Below the pieces are notes generated by a model. That model was not told the origin of the DNA and did no database searches. It was given only the letters and a program-made list of their open reading frames with translations. A DNA stretch of 64,000 bases from Gekko japonicus (lineage: Eukaryota): contig NW_015168654.1 of NCBI RefSeq assembly GCF_001447785.1, positions 1,996,031 to 2,060,030 on the forward strand. Direction: 5' to 3'. Both the position numbers and the translations under genes were made by a program. Positions 39,720-51,148 of this stretch are shown in pieces (within the stretch, counting starts at the first letter, position 1; each line of letters begins with the position of its first letter).

Positions 39720-40478
39720 ATCACGTACAAAAAGCAAGGAAGGCAGCTGAGTACAGTACTGACAATACAGAGTAGGTGAGGGTGGGCTGTACAGCCCCGA
39801 CCCCCATTCACCCACTTGCAAAGAGGACAAGGGAGTGTGCAGGTGACCAGAGCCTATTCCAGGCCAACAGCCACTTGGAGGAAGGCAGACCCAGCTCTGA
39901 GCAAAAGGGGAGCAGTGGACTCTCCCCCAGGACGGATCCCTTATTGCCATGTTTGTGGTTCTGAATGCCTGGGCAATCGTTTTCAACAGATGGCCGGGGG
40001 GCAGTGTGACAGAAAATGAAGGTTGTGAATGAGGCAACAGCCACAGAAGCCTTGCGGACCGGACAGTCAGGGTCCTACCACAGAGTCCTGCTTGCATCAG
40101 GCCCTGCCCAGCCTGCCACAGAGCCAAAAAGGGCATAAATGGGGCACCGGGACAATTTTAGGGGCTATTGTGAGGTGGTCCCTTTAAGCAGGGCCCTTGA
40201 GCTAGCACATCAGGCCTCAGAAAAGCCAGTCAGCACTGGGATGGGGCAGCAGCCGGAGTGCCAGGAAGGAAACAAAGTACCCCTATAAATACCAATAAAT
40301 ATCGAAAGGGGACCTTATGGCCAAGGAGGTAGCAGCAGCAGCTCTCCATCTGATGCGCCAGAGAAGGGGAAGGCACATGCAGAACTGTGCTAAGAGCTGC
40401 AGTGGTCCTTACAGCAATGCCCGTGGAAGGGACATGCTCCCCCACCAAAGAGATGAAGTGCTGCTCCACCAAACGAAC

Positions 40479-40552
40479 TCAGCAGTCCATGCAGTCATTC
40501 TCGTACCAACCCGTGGTACTATCAGTGCCAAAGTATCTGTCTCCAAAGTTGC
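40479..40552 (-). CDS. UCKL1: UCKL1-like exon 15 (terminal)
   Basis: [24 protein letters not shown] then TGA. Confidence 0.93.
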
Positions 40553-43500
40553 CTAACGGGAGAGAAAGGCACGTTTCTTACTGATGTGACAGAGGAAACA
40601 GAAGGCTCGGCCCTTACCCGTCAAAAGCCTAGACATTAAACCAGCTTCTCAAGCAGTGGCAAATCCTTAGCTGGGTCCTCCCTCCCCCACTGAAGGGCAG
40701 ATTCTATGTCTTCCTCTAAAAGAGCCGCTACCGACCCTCATGTATTTTCAACCCCCTCTCCTCCACAAAAAGGGAGACCAGAGCTTGAGGAACTGCTTCT
40801 TCAAGGCATGCTGCTAAGCTGCAAGGGCCTTGCTTGGTGGAAAACAATGCTGCAGGCAAGACCAAATAAAAAAATCAAATGAGATAAGGCTTCAGAGGGC
40901 CGGCACCTTGTCTGGGCCAGCTCCCACTTACCAATGCCAGGAATAATGTGGAACTCCTCGTTGACTGTCTTGTCCACAGCGGTGGTGATGATACGTACAC
41001 AGGGGAAGGCATAGGCCACTGAATGGACCCCCATCTCAGCCATCAACAGTGAAAGGAGGAAGATCTTGTCCTCCTGCACGTCATGATCCTGCGGCATATT
41101 TATTTACATTATGTATATACCTCCAGCCTTTCTCCTGACAGTCAGGATCCAGGCTGGGGAGGAACAATGCAATATAAAAATAATAATCTGTTTAAAATAA
41201 TTAACAAAGATGGTCAACAAGAAGTAATTTAAAGACAGAAGCAACGTATCCAACGATGAGCTCCCTCTGCCCAGATTACAGGCAGGGGCTGAGGCTCAGG
41301 GAAAGGGCCTCTAATCCTCACCATCTAAAGTTAAAAAGGGCCAGGGAATAGGCGATGTGAAAGAGCACTACCCAAGAGAGCCGCTGCCAGTCTGACAATA
41401 TTGACCTTGATGGGCCAAGGGTCTGATTCAGTCTAAGGCAGCTTCATGTGTGTGCAGGACAGAAAGCCACGTGTCTCCCCAAACTGATTCCTGAATACAC
41501 ACACCCTGAAGGCTCCAAGCCCAAACAGGGAGATGGGAGACCCACAGCCCCAATCCCATGACATCAGTTTCGATGAAGCCCTTGTATCCTAACCCTCAAC
41601 CTACGGCACACGAGTCTGTTAGTGCCTCCAGCCCCGGCCGCAATCCTGACACCCACACCCCTCCGTGTGTCTCCACATTACATGCCACGGGACCTTCACT
41701 TACGAGCAGCACCCGCACAGCCATCATGGCAGCAGCCCCTGTGGATACGGTGCTGTCCATCAAGATGACGTAATCCTCGCTGATCTCCTTGGGCAGCCGG
41801 AGGTAGTGCAGCTAGTAGGAGGACAAGGGGACCCGTGTCAGCCAGTCCAGGCCATCCCGCGTTTCCCACGTTTCCCTGCCCCCACCCCAGTCTCCACACC
41901 TCAGGCTCCCCCGTGTCGTGGTTGGTCTGGATGAGGATCTTGCCCAAGCGGATGTCTTTGCAGACAGCGGTGAGGGCCTGCTCCATGGTCTCGCCTGCAC
42001 GCAGGATGGAGACACCAGTGATCTGGAGGGGAGAGAGCAGCGGCCACTGAGGTTTGGCTGGATAACCCGTCTTAGCCCCTGCGCCCCCACCCCTCATCAA
42101 CACCCCTCCCCTAAGCTCTTTTACTGATGGCCGTTTACCATAAAACTCCCCAAAGGTGCATACAGCTAGTGGTGCATACAGCTAGTTAAAAACAAACAGT
42201 CCGTTTGACACAGAAACACAATAAACGCTGAGTCAATAAACCCTGAAACTTCAGACTGAGATCCAGCGTGTTGGAATGCCCACCAAGGATCTGAGACCCA
42301 GGTCTGAACCTTCACTCCACTGAGCAAGCAGTTGCTGGGTGCCCTTGGGGCCAGTCCCAACCCCACAGGGCTGTGAGGACAGAACAGGGAACAGGGATAT
42401 AAGCTGCTCTGAATCCTCACTGGGGAGAAAAGGGGGGTGTCCAATTGTCTGGCCCAGCACCAGGCAGCTTCCTGTGTTCCTAGGCCCTCCCAGCCTCCCC
42501 CCAAATTCTCCAGTCCTCTGAACCTCTGCGCCCTCCCTCCACAGACCTGGAGAGGAGGAGGAGGGAGGAGAGAAGAGTGGCTCACCCGCTGCCTGTGGAA
42601 ACGCTTCCCCTCATAGACCGTCCCCTGTGGCGTCTCCACAGTCACTGGCTGCAAAAAACAAGACAGACCGCTATTGCTTGGGGAAAGAGAACGGAAGTGG
42701 AGGAAGTGCTCTCGCCAGCACGAGGCCAGGGATCTAGACGCAGCGTCAGGACCACAGAGAATAGTTAGGAGGCCTCTGGCACCCCAAAGGAAGAGTGATG
42801 ACTAGAAAGGATGCAATACCTTGAGTGGCAGGAAGGAGAGAGCGTGCTCTATCAGCAGACGCATAAGACGCTTGGAGTAGAAGATGAACTCATCCCTGGT
42901 AGTATCTTTGTTCCTATGGAGGAAGCAGGAAAAGTGGGCTATTCCCTCGGGCTCTTCCCATTTCCCAACCCTAGAAGATATTCTGGAACAAGGCAGGCCA
43001 AGCCACGCTGATTCTGCCCTGACTTGCTTCTATAATGGGCAGGGTCTCCAGACCAAGGGACCCTCCCCAGCAGCTACTATTCTAGCTTCCTGAAGCCACA
43101 AAGAAAAAGGAGGACCAGTGCTGCAGCATACCCAGTACCTGATGATGGTGTGCATCCCACGGACTTGTGGCGTGCTCTCCAGGACGCTCAGCGTCTTCGG
43201 CAACGGCTGTCCCTGGTGGGCTGAGGCCAAGGCTGCTCTGTTTGGGAAGCGAAAAGTACATGGTTCATGCGAAAGAGAGGGAGTTTTGTATGTAAGACCC
43301 CCCCCCCAATTACCTCCTTCTCAAGGGTCAAGGAGTGCCTGCAGACTGCATGAACATTCATGCCTCAATGGAACTCCTCTGCCACCCTATCTATGAAGGC
43401 CCTGGACCCTCCCATAGCTCAGCCCAAATTCCCTCTCTGTGCAAAGAGGCAAAGGCACAGTTGTTCAGCGTAATGAAAAGAGGACCACCTCTCACAAAAT

Positions 43501-46500
43501 GGACAGGGGAGACCGCCCTCCTTCCTGGACAGAAGCCTGAGCAAGAGGAAAGGGAAGGTTGTCTGCCGTGCTGCGGTACCAGAAGGTGGCATCTTGTGCC
43601 AGGCTAACCCGGGCACAAGCAAGCGAGCCATTGCCCATACTGATGTCAAACAATGAAGCTATAAAATGTCATTCTCCCCCCCCCTCCCCCCTCAGACTTC
43701 AGTGCTTGGAAACAGCAGGAAGGTCTGCCAGCCTCCCCCCCCCCCCCACCCCAGCACCACACCAAGGGAAGGGGCAAGGCAGCAGGGAACAGCCAAAGGA
43801 GACCAAGTGTCCTCACATATGCCAGCGTAGCTTCCTCTGGTGAAGACGCCAAGGCCCAGCAGGGACGGAAGAGAGACAGACAGACAGACAGATAGACAGA
43901 CAGAGGGTATTAGGAGGGGCAAAATGGCAGCAGCTTCCTGCCACACACACAAGGGGTGGGAGGGGGGAGCAGAAGAAGGAATCTGCCCAACAGGACCAAA
44001 GTAGGGGGGAGCAGCTGGGACCCCAAAGCTTCGCCCCACAAAAGAGTTAACAGCTGCTGTAGCCCTTCTCTCTCCATCTCACCCACCCTTGGGCAAGGCA
44101 GGGCAGATGCTGCCACATGTACGCATGCACCTTTCGGAGAGCCCAATGGAAGCCAAGAGGGATATGCATGGGAGGGTGGAAGGTGTTCAGGAAGCTACTG
44201 CCAAGTTCAAAAAAATCCCATCAAATACAGGCCCCAAGCAGCCGGAACAGACAGGGCAGCATGTCACGACCTCCCCCACTCCTTTTAGCGAGTGCTGGGA
44301 TGGCCAGGCAGCACATCCCAGACCTCCAAAGCAAGCCCTGCTGGCCTTTGGAAAGAAAGGCAGAGCTGCCCGGTCACCAAGGAGAGCACATGTTACAAGC
44401 AGGGGTGCCAAAGGCAACTTGGGAAATTCATGGAGATTTGGGGACTGTCCCTGGGGAGGGGAGAGTCTGGGGAAGGAAGGGAGCTCAGCAGGGATGCGAT
44501 ACTGTAGAGTCTGCCCTCCAAAGCTGCCACGTCATCCAGGGGAACTGATCTCTGCAGTCTGGAGACCAGCTGTAATTCAGGCCCCACAAAGGAGGCCAGG
44601 AAGCAGGGCAGCTTTTGGTGTATCGTTCTCGCTCCAGAACAACCCAGAGCATAAAGGCTCCCTACCAAATGCTCCCTCTAAGCTGTGGAGTCTTGTGAGC
44701 AAAAATTCTACTTTGCGAGCTACTGGCATTAAAGTTGTGAGCGAGCAATTTGCCTGCTGCATAAATTAGTTTGCTCTGGAGCCATCCTTCCTGAGCGAAG
44801 ACAAAAATGTGTGAAGCGGAGGCTAGAAAACCGTGAGCTAGCTCACACTAACTCAGCTTAGAGGGAACACCGCTCCCTACATTTCCTTTTCCATTCCCAG
44901 TTCCTTCTCCCCAAGCTGCCTCTTGAACTTTCCAGAAGAGCCCCGCTACTACCCAGCTGCTCTCCCACTGGCTGGCTTGCTGTGCGGCAGGGAAAGGCAC
45001 CAGGATGGGGGCAAGGCAAGATTGAGGGGTGGGGGAGAGGAAGGGGTCTAGTTCTGCTCCTTCAGGGCCACCATCATACCTGACCGTGATTTCACGCTGG
45101 GCATCAGCAGTAGGAGCCCACATCGGAAGGCAGCAAAGTCATTACAAGGCAGGGGGCGGAGGGAGGGGGGGAGAGAAACACAGAACAGCCAGTCACTGCA
45201 CACAGCAAGCTCTGCCCCACGGCCTGGCTCAGGACGCTAGCCCTGCTGGCACCCCACCCACCTCCTCCATTGCTCATTAACTCAGGGATGGCTACAGTGT
45301 GACGGGTCTGGGGGCAGTCTGGGAAGAGCTGCGTTTTATGTGAGCTTGGGATTAAATTTGCAGGGGCTTCACAGTGTGCTGAACAGGGCTTGGAGTGAGG
45401 CTGGCAAAGGTAGGAAAGGGAGGGAATAGATCCTGGACTGGGATCTCAAGGAGGGGGTGGGTGATATTGGGAAGGCTTGACAGTGCTGGGCTGCAGACCA
45501 CCCTGCAGCAGTGGAGGTGAGGGACAATAGCTCTTCCTCCCCCCTCACCCCAGAGTCCCCTCCTCCAATGTCCTTACCTTTTCCAGTTGGCTGTGCACAT
45601 GCTGAACGATCAAGTCCAGGGCAACAAAGTTATCCCCTCCTGAAGAAGTAGTGGGGAAAGGAGGGGTACCATTTATTCTCCCAATCCCTAGGGTGGGGAG
45701 ATTTAAGGCATCTGGTGCTCCTCCTCTGGGAACACAGAACTGCAAACGCGACTGTGGTGTAGTGGTTAGAGTGTGAGATTACGCTCTAGCGAAAAGTCAG
45801 CTTCAGATACCTGTTCTGCTATGGAAGTTCAGTGGGTTACCTTGGACCAGTAATTTTCTCACAGCCTAACCTTCCAAAATAGCCCAATCTCATCAGATCT
45901 CAGAAGCCAAGCAGGGTCAGCCCTGGCTAGTACTTGGATGGGAGACTACCAAGGAAGTCCAGGGTTGTTATGTGTAAGCAATGGCAAACCAACTCTATTC
46001 ATTTCTTGCCTTGAAAACCTTACAAGGTCGCTATAAACTGGCTGCAACTTGAGCAACCCCCACCCTGCCTCATGGAGGAGGGGGAAATAATTTTATAAAC
46101 AACTTTGGGTCCCCATTAGGGAAAAAGACAGGGTACAATTATCAAAATAAATAAAAGCAAAGATGGATGCTCCAGAGAGCTCAAGGCAACCAGGTGTGGG
46201 CACGTTTCCAAGAGGAGACAATGAAGAGGACATTTAACTTATCATAGCGTTATCTGATACTGCTATAGAATGTTCAAAGCACTTCATTCAATGTCCTTAT
46301 CTCAGCCTGTTCTAGTAACTACCTTGTATGATAATAAAGCCAGTATATTTTACACTGCAAGTGGGGGATGGGTCTAAACAAAAAGAACAAGGGTGTCTCT
46401 TAAGTTCATGGCCAAGATAAAACTTGAACTAGCATCATCCCAGGTCATTCTCAGCCCCTAAGCTTAACACAGTTCAAATGAATTATGTCCCCAAATTCAT

Positions 46501-49500
46501 CCATTTACAGAATACTTAATTATTTGTTGACAGTTTATCCAATATTATACATTTGTATTTGAGTTCCATAAAGCTACCTACTGCAAGTTCTGGAGAAGTG
46601 GCAAAGAAATTCACTACGTGGGAAAAAACTGGCATGCAAGAGTGTTGATATTTTGTGAGTATTCTCTTGCTAGATAACATTATAAATTACTGGGTGTGTC
46701 CCCCTCCCCCCATATTTGAAATGAAGAACTACACAAACTTAGAAATTTGAAGAAGTTCCAGTTTAGCTTTAACCCAAACCCAGAATGAACCACAAGAAAA
46801 AGTCTCCTGCAAAAATAAAGTCAGAGGCACCAGCAGAGTGAACAATTCCTGCTGAGTACAGGCTACCAGGCTATGCAAGAACAAGCTTCCTGGTTAGATC
46901 TACAAATGAAGCAAATGCCACAACAGAAGCCAAAGCTAACATACCCCCTTTTTTTCACTGGCAGCTGCCAGATTCTTCCCCAGTGCCATTTCATCCTACC
47001 TTGAGAGGATGCCAAGAATGCACCAAGACTCCCTCCCCCCAGCACACCCTAAACAGGCTCCCCTCCTCACCCCGGGGCACAACTATGTCCGCTGCCTGCA
47101 TAGTGGGTTCAATGTACTGCTCAAACGCCGGCTTCACGAACTTGCTGTACTGCTTGATGACGCCCACCACATCCCGCCCGCGCTCCATGATGTCCCGCTT
47201 CAGCCGCCGCACCAGCCGGATGTCCGAGTCCGTGTCCACAAACACCTTCATGTCCAGGAGCTGGAGGAGCAACGGGTTAAGATGAGAACTACAGGCTGTG
47301 GAGCAGGGGTGGAGGCCTCCTCCAATCTTGTCAGTTCAAGAACAGGCATCTGAGAGACCAGCCACCTGACCCACAGTAGACCACCCCACCCCAGACCCCA
47401 TCCACTCTTTAGATCAGGACCATACCTGTAGAAGCTCCTTATTGGCAAAGGACAGAATCCCTTCAAATACAATCACATTGGCCCCATAGACAGTTTTCTG
47501 CAGAGAGAGAAGAGATGTCAAGGCTCAAGCGGAGAAGGGGGGGTGGAGGTGTCCTGTGATGCTCCTCAAGGAAGAACATTCCAACGGACTTGATTCTTTG
47601 GTTACAGGGCAGTATTTCATCTGCTACACTACCCTGCCTCTCAAATACAGACACACAGCTTAATGCCACCACCACCCGCCCCATCAGGGGTTAAAGGTCC
47701 CAAAAGAAGCTGCTCTGTGTGAAGACCTCATTTAGGAATGCAAATGTCCTCAGCCCCACACTAGGGAGGCAAGACAAGCTCAGACTGGAGAATCTTAAAA
47801 TGCTGAGCTTTAGTTTTAACAAAGAAAGCCGGTTTCTCCCCTTGCAAGTGCAATGAACATTCTTTTTAAAGCACCGGCAGTCACTGAAAACCATTCTGAA
47901 CTAAAAGGTAATCTCAGTTGGATTTTTTCACTCAGCATCAGTCATTTAGCCCCCAGAGACCCACTGCATTGATTCCTCTTTAAAAGAAAATCTGCAGTGC
48001 TATCAGTGAGCCTGGCATCGTGTAAATGGAGGCCACTCTACAGTTTCAATGTCTACTTTGAATGTACTACCTCCCAGAACAAGCCTTCAATGTCGGACCA
48101 TTTAAAATAAGATTCTGCATATTAGTAAAGGCTAAATTCAAATGTGTAGATCCTCTTAGAAGCTGCTCCTGTTCCTTCATGACCTCCACAAAACCCAACT
48201 CTTTATATTCTCCACAAACCCTTCCAGGCCTTTTGATTTAGGGAAGTATTTTAATAGCCTGGGCCAAACAGGGTTGCAGCAGGGACATCTTTTTAATACA
48301 CACATTCAAGGTTTTTTTCTACCAATACTTCAGTGTTGATTTCTCCTTGAGTCTAGATGAGGCAGGTACACTTAAACTCATATTCCTAATTTTCTGCAAG
48401 CCCAAACCTCCATTTCCTGCAAACTACGTAGCCATAGAAATATTCAAATAAGAATCTTCTACAAGTTACACAATTAATACCAGATCTATTCATGTCCCAA
48501 AACCCCAGTTTTGGTGCCCACATCCATTCACACAACAAGCCAGATAAGATACAGATATCCTTCTTCCCACCCCCTCCCCTCACATACCCACTCTTTGCGC
48601 CGGCTGTGTGTGGTGAAGTCATAGACCGGAACTTTAACCCTTTTTCCCTCTTTGAGTTTCCTTAAGACACTGATCAACAGGTCAAAGTCAAAGGCGTCAG
48701 GGTGGTCAAAATTGTACTCGTTACAGGCAGCCTGCTGCTGTTGTTCCTTGTTCAGCACCTAGGAGAGCACCACATGCAAGGTGGTCAGAAAAGCAAGTCT
48801 CTCAGATTTAGCAATTAGGCATTAGCTGGACTGTCCTTAGCTCTAGAGGATTGAGCCAAAAGACTGTGTCAAAGCCACCCACCTTGTAAAAGCTATCCAT
48901 AGAGAGCAGCACCACCCAAGGCACATCCAGAGCTTCAATGATTTTATTGGCCACTGTGGTTTTGCCTGATGCGCTTCCACCACACAAGCCTACAAACAGA
49001 GAAGAGGGGATTCTGAAGCCTCCAATGGATGGGGAACTTTGAGAATTGAGCCATCTGAAGAGGTTAAACTGGAAGGATTAGAGTCTTGGGAACTACTACT
49101 AGAGAGACACCAGGTCAAATCAATGTGGATAACAGTTCTGATCAATGTTCCCTCTAAGATGTGGAGTCTTGTGAGCAAAAATTCTACTATGTGAGCTACT
49201 GACATTATAGTTGTGAGCAAGCATTTGGCTACTGCATAAATCAGTTTGCTTTGGAGCCATCCTTCCTGAGCTGAGACAAAATGTGTGAGCCAGGGGCTAA
49301 AAAACTGTAAGCTAGCTCACACTAACTCAGCTTAGAGGGAACACTGGTTCTGACATCAGTCTCGTAACAGCCAAAAGACAGAGTCCACCTGGGAGAAGCA
49401 GGGACTCACATTCCAAAGACAAGACAAAGTGGCAATGAAGGGTAAAGAAGTGGGGAGAATGGGCTGGTGATTCATTCTAAGAACCCCATACCCTACAGTC

Positions 49501-50593
49501 AGAGATGCATAAAGCAAAAAACAGTAATGATTACAAAAAGCAGAAGAATTCTCTCTAACCTATCTTGTGAACTGTACAGCATGTTCCTTATACTGTGACC
49601 CCCAGAGCCACCCAGAACCTTTTTCTTCTCTCATCTGTAGAACAACTGCTAGCAATCAAGCCCCATCGATCCAGTGCTACAATGAGCAGCAAGCATGGGT
49701 GCTGTTTCCACACCAGATGCTCTCAAAATCCCAGCAGATGCTTTGGAACCAGCCAGCCAGAACCAAAGGTCTAGTCAACACCCAGTATTTTAGCCTTTCT
49801 CTTATGGATGAGGGAACTACAGCCTCCAAGAAAGGACAAGGGGAGTTCTACGATCCAGTATGTGGATCCAGAGAAGAAGCACTGGAAGGAGGACACAGAG
49901 GGAAAGAGAGATATCTAGCTGGCTCTGTGAGGACCAGTCAATTGAGGCAGAGCCCCCAGTCAGTCAGGAAAGCTGAGGAGATGCGAAGGCAGTCTTTGAG
50001 CTCCCTTACCGATCACAAAGGCTTCCTTGAAGGGTGTGCCTGTCTCGTTGTACCAGGGGGGCCGTCCTGCGGTGTAGATGGTCCGCTTGCTGGTCCTGAG
50101 CAGTGGCGGTTCCGTCTTTGACTGGCTTGTGGTCCTCTTCCTCGGCGAAAGCGAGGGGGTGAGGGGTAGGCAGGAGAGGAGAGTATCCAGCGAGTCATCC
50201 CTCCTCCCGCTGTGTAGGAGAAAGGGAGGGCGAGAATACATTAGAGAGAAAGGAGATCGGCCGCTGTTCGCTTCCACCCCACCCTTCCAGCCAGAGCCGC
50301 GCCCTTTATTTTGCAACGTGGCCCGCGCGGCTTCCTCCTCCTCCCTTCGCAGCGGCTCGTGAAAACCCGCTTCAAAATGCCTGAGGAGCCTCCAGCCATA
50401 TGAAGAGCAAATTTTTTTCTCGCCGCCACCCACATCAAGGAAGCAGGCAGCTCACTATGCAGAAACAACAAAGGGGAACTCCAATCCCGGCAACTGCCGC
50501 GAATTGCGCCCCTTTTACCTCCTCGTCCAGCCCTCCCCCCGGACTTGACCTGCCACGCCGCGCCTCCTCAGCAGCACCGCCTGGAGCCGCCAT
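40479..50593 (-). CDS. UCKL1: Uridine-cytidine kinase-like 1 family protein (UCK + UPRT domains), 15 coding exons, about 526-536 aa; probably a paralog of canonical UCKL1
   Basis: Exons 2-15 join in frame with canonical GT-AG sites. Walker [33 protein letters not shown]; UPRT domain with [22 protein letters not shown] and [15 protein letters not shown]. Confidence 0.93.
40932..41088 (-). CDS. UCKL1: UCKL1-like exon 14
   Basis: [52 protein letters not shown], 157 bp. Confidence 0.95.
41704..41811 (-). CDS. UCKL1: UCKL1-like exon 13 (PRPP-binding loop)
   Basis: [36 protein letters not shown], 108 bp. Confidence 0.95.
41900..42022 (-). CDS. UCKL1: UCKL1-like exon 12
   Basis: [41 protein letters not shown], 123 bp. 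Confidence 0.95.
42586..42648 (-). CDS. UCKL1: UCKL1-like exon 11
   Basis: [21 protein letters not shown], 63 bp. Confidence 0.92.
42820..42913 (-). CDS. UCKL1: UCKL1-like exon 10
   Basis: [31 protein letters not shown], 94 bp. Confidence 0.95.
43139..43237 (-). CDS. UCKL1: UCKL1-like exon 9
   Basis: [33 protein letters not shown], 99 bp. Confidence 0.93.
43817..43836 (-). CDS. UCKL1: UCKL1-like alternative microexon 8b (20 nt, RKLRWHI)
   Basis: ttcaccag|AGGAAGCTACGCTGGCATAT|gtgagg; same phases as 8a. Confidence 0.75.
44666..44872. mobile_element. hAT-type MITE (family A)
   Basis: TIRs plus a perfect 8-bp TSD, CTCCCTAC (44658-44665 / 44873-44880). Confidence 0.88.
45080..45096 (-). CDS. 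UCKL1: UCKL1-like microexon 8a (17 nt, REITVR)
   Basis: gcccag|CGTGAAATCACGGTCAG|gtatga; phase 0 in, phase 2 out, exactly bridging exons 7 and 9. Confidence 0.85.
45578..45639 (-). CDS. UCKL1: UCKL1-like exon 7
   Basis: [21 protein letters not shown], 62 bp. Confidence 0.93.
47071..47260 (-). CDS. UCKL1: UCKL1-like exon 6
   Basis: [63 protein letters not shown], 190 bp. Confidence 0.95.
47426..47497 (-). CDS. UCKL1: UCKL1-like exon 5
   Basis: [24 protein letters not shown], 72 bp. Confidence 0.93.
48588..48758 (-). CDS. UCKL1: UCKL1-like exon 4
   Basis: [57 protein letters not shown], 171 bp. Confidence 0.95.
48883..48989 (-). CDS. UCKL1: UCKL1-like exon 3 (P-loop)
   Basis: [36 protein letters not shown], 107 bp. 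Confidence 0.95.
49143..49346. mobile_element. hAT-type MITE (family A)
   Basis: TIRs CAATGTTCCCTCTAAG / CTTAGAGGGAACACTG; 8-bp TSD GTTCTGAT/GTTCTGAC. Confidence 0.88.
50010..50209 (-). CDS. UCKL1: UCKL1-like exon 2
   Basis: [11 protein letters not shown]...[46 protein letters not shown]; strong acceptor, |GTAAGG donor. Confidence 0.93.
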
Positions 50594-50870
50594 CTTGGCC
50601 GCGCTCCCGCCACTCCTCCACCTGCAGCTGCGGAGCCTGCCGGGAAGGAGGTGGAACCCGGGGATGGTGCGCGCGCATCCGGGCGCTCAGCGGAGGAACT
50701 ACAATTCCCGACTGGCACCGCAGATGGCTCTCGCTCGCTTAAACTGAAGTTTGACGACTGGTGTCCCCTGCGTCTCATTTCCCCCAAACGGCCCAGCAGT
50801 GAGCTGCGATAAAGACATTTGTGCGGGTTATTAGGAGACGCCTCCTCACTCAGTATATAAAAGCAGGAGT
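50250..50870 (-). promoter_or_regulatory. CpG island promoter of the UCKL1-like gene
   Basis: CpG-dense; ACTACAATTCCC (ZNF143/THAP11-type) at 50698-50709; YY1-type AAGATGGCGGC overlapping the ATG. Confidence 0.75.
50550..50593 (-). CDS. UCKL1: UCKL1-like exon 1 (3' boundary uncertain: 50550 or 50519)
   Basis: caagATGGCGGCTCCA (MAAPGG...) within a CpG island. Exon 2 needs phase 2, which only the AG|GTCAAG donor provides as assembled. Confidence 0.55.
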
Positions 50871-50880
50871 CCGGTGCACC

Positions 50881-51148
50881 CAAGGGCAGATTAACCATTA
50901 AGCAGACTAAGCACGTGTTTAGGGCACCAGAGCCAAAGGGGGCACCACAAAGTTGGGAAAAGGGTGAAAAGCTTACTTTGTACAGTATATTGTGTTATCA
51001 TATGAATAAAATTTTGTATTGCTGCAACCTGCATTGTATATCTGGTCAGACAGGTCAACAACTAAAATGGACTGGGTCAGTGTGGAAAGGACATGGGCAC
51101 CAAAATTGGTCAGTGCTTAGAGCACCAGTGAGCCTTAATCCGCCCCTA
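50881..51148. mobile_element. hAT-type MITE upstream of the UCKL1-like promoter
   Basis: Imperfect TIRs ..GGGCAGATTAA / TTAATCCGCCC..; 8-bp TSD GGTGCACC/AGTGCACC. Confidence 0.7.
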
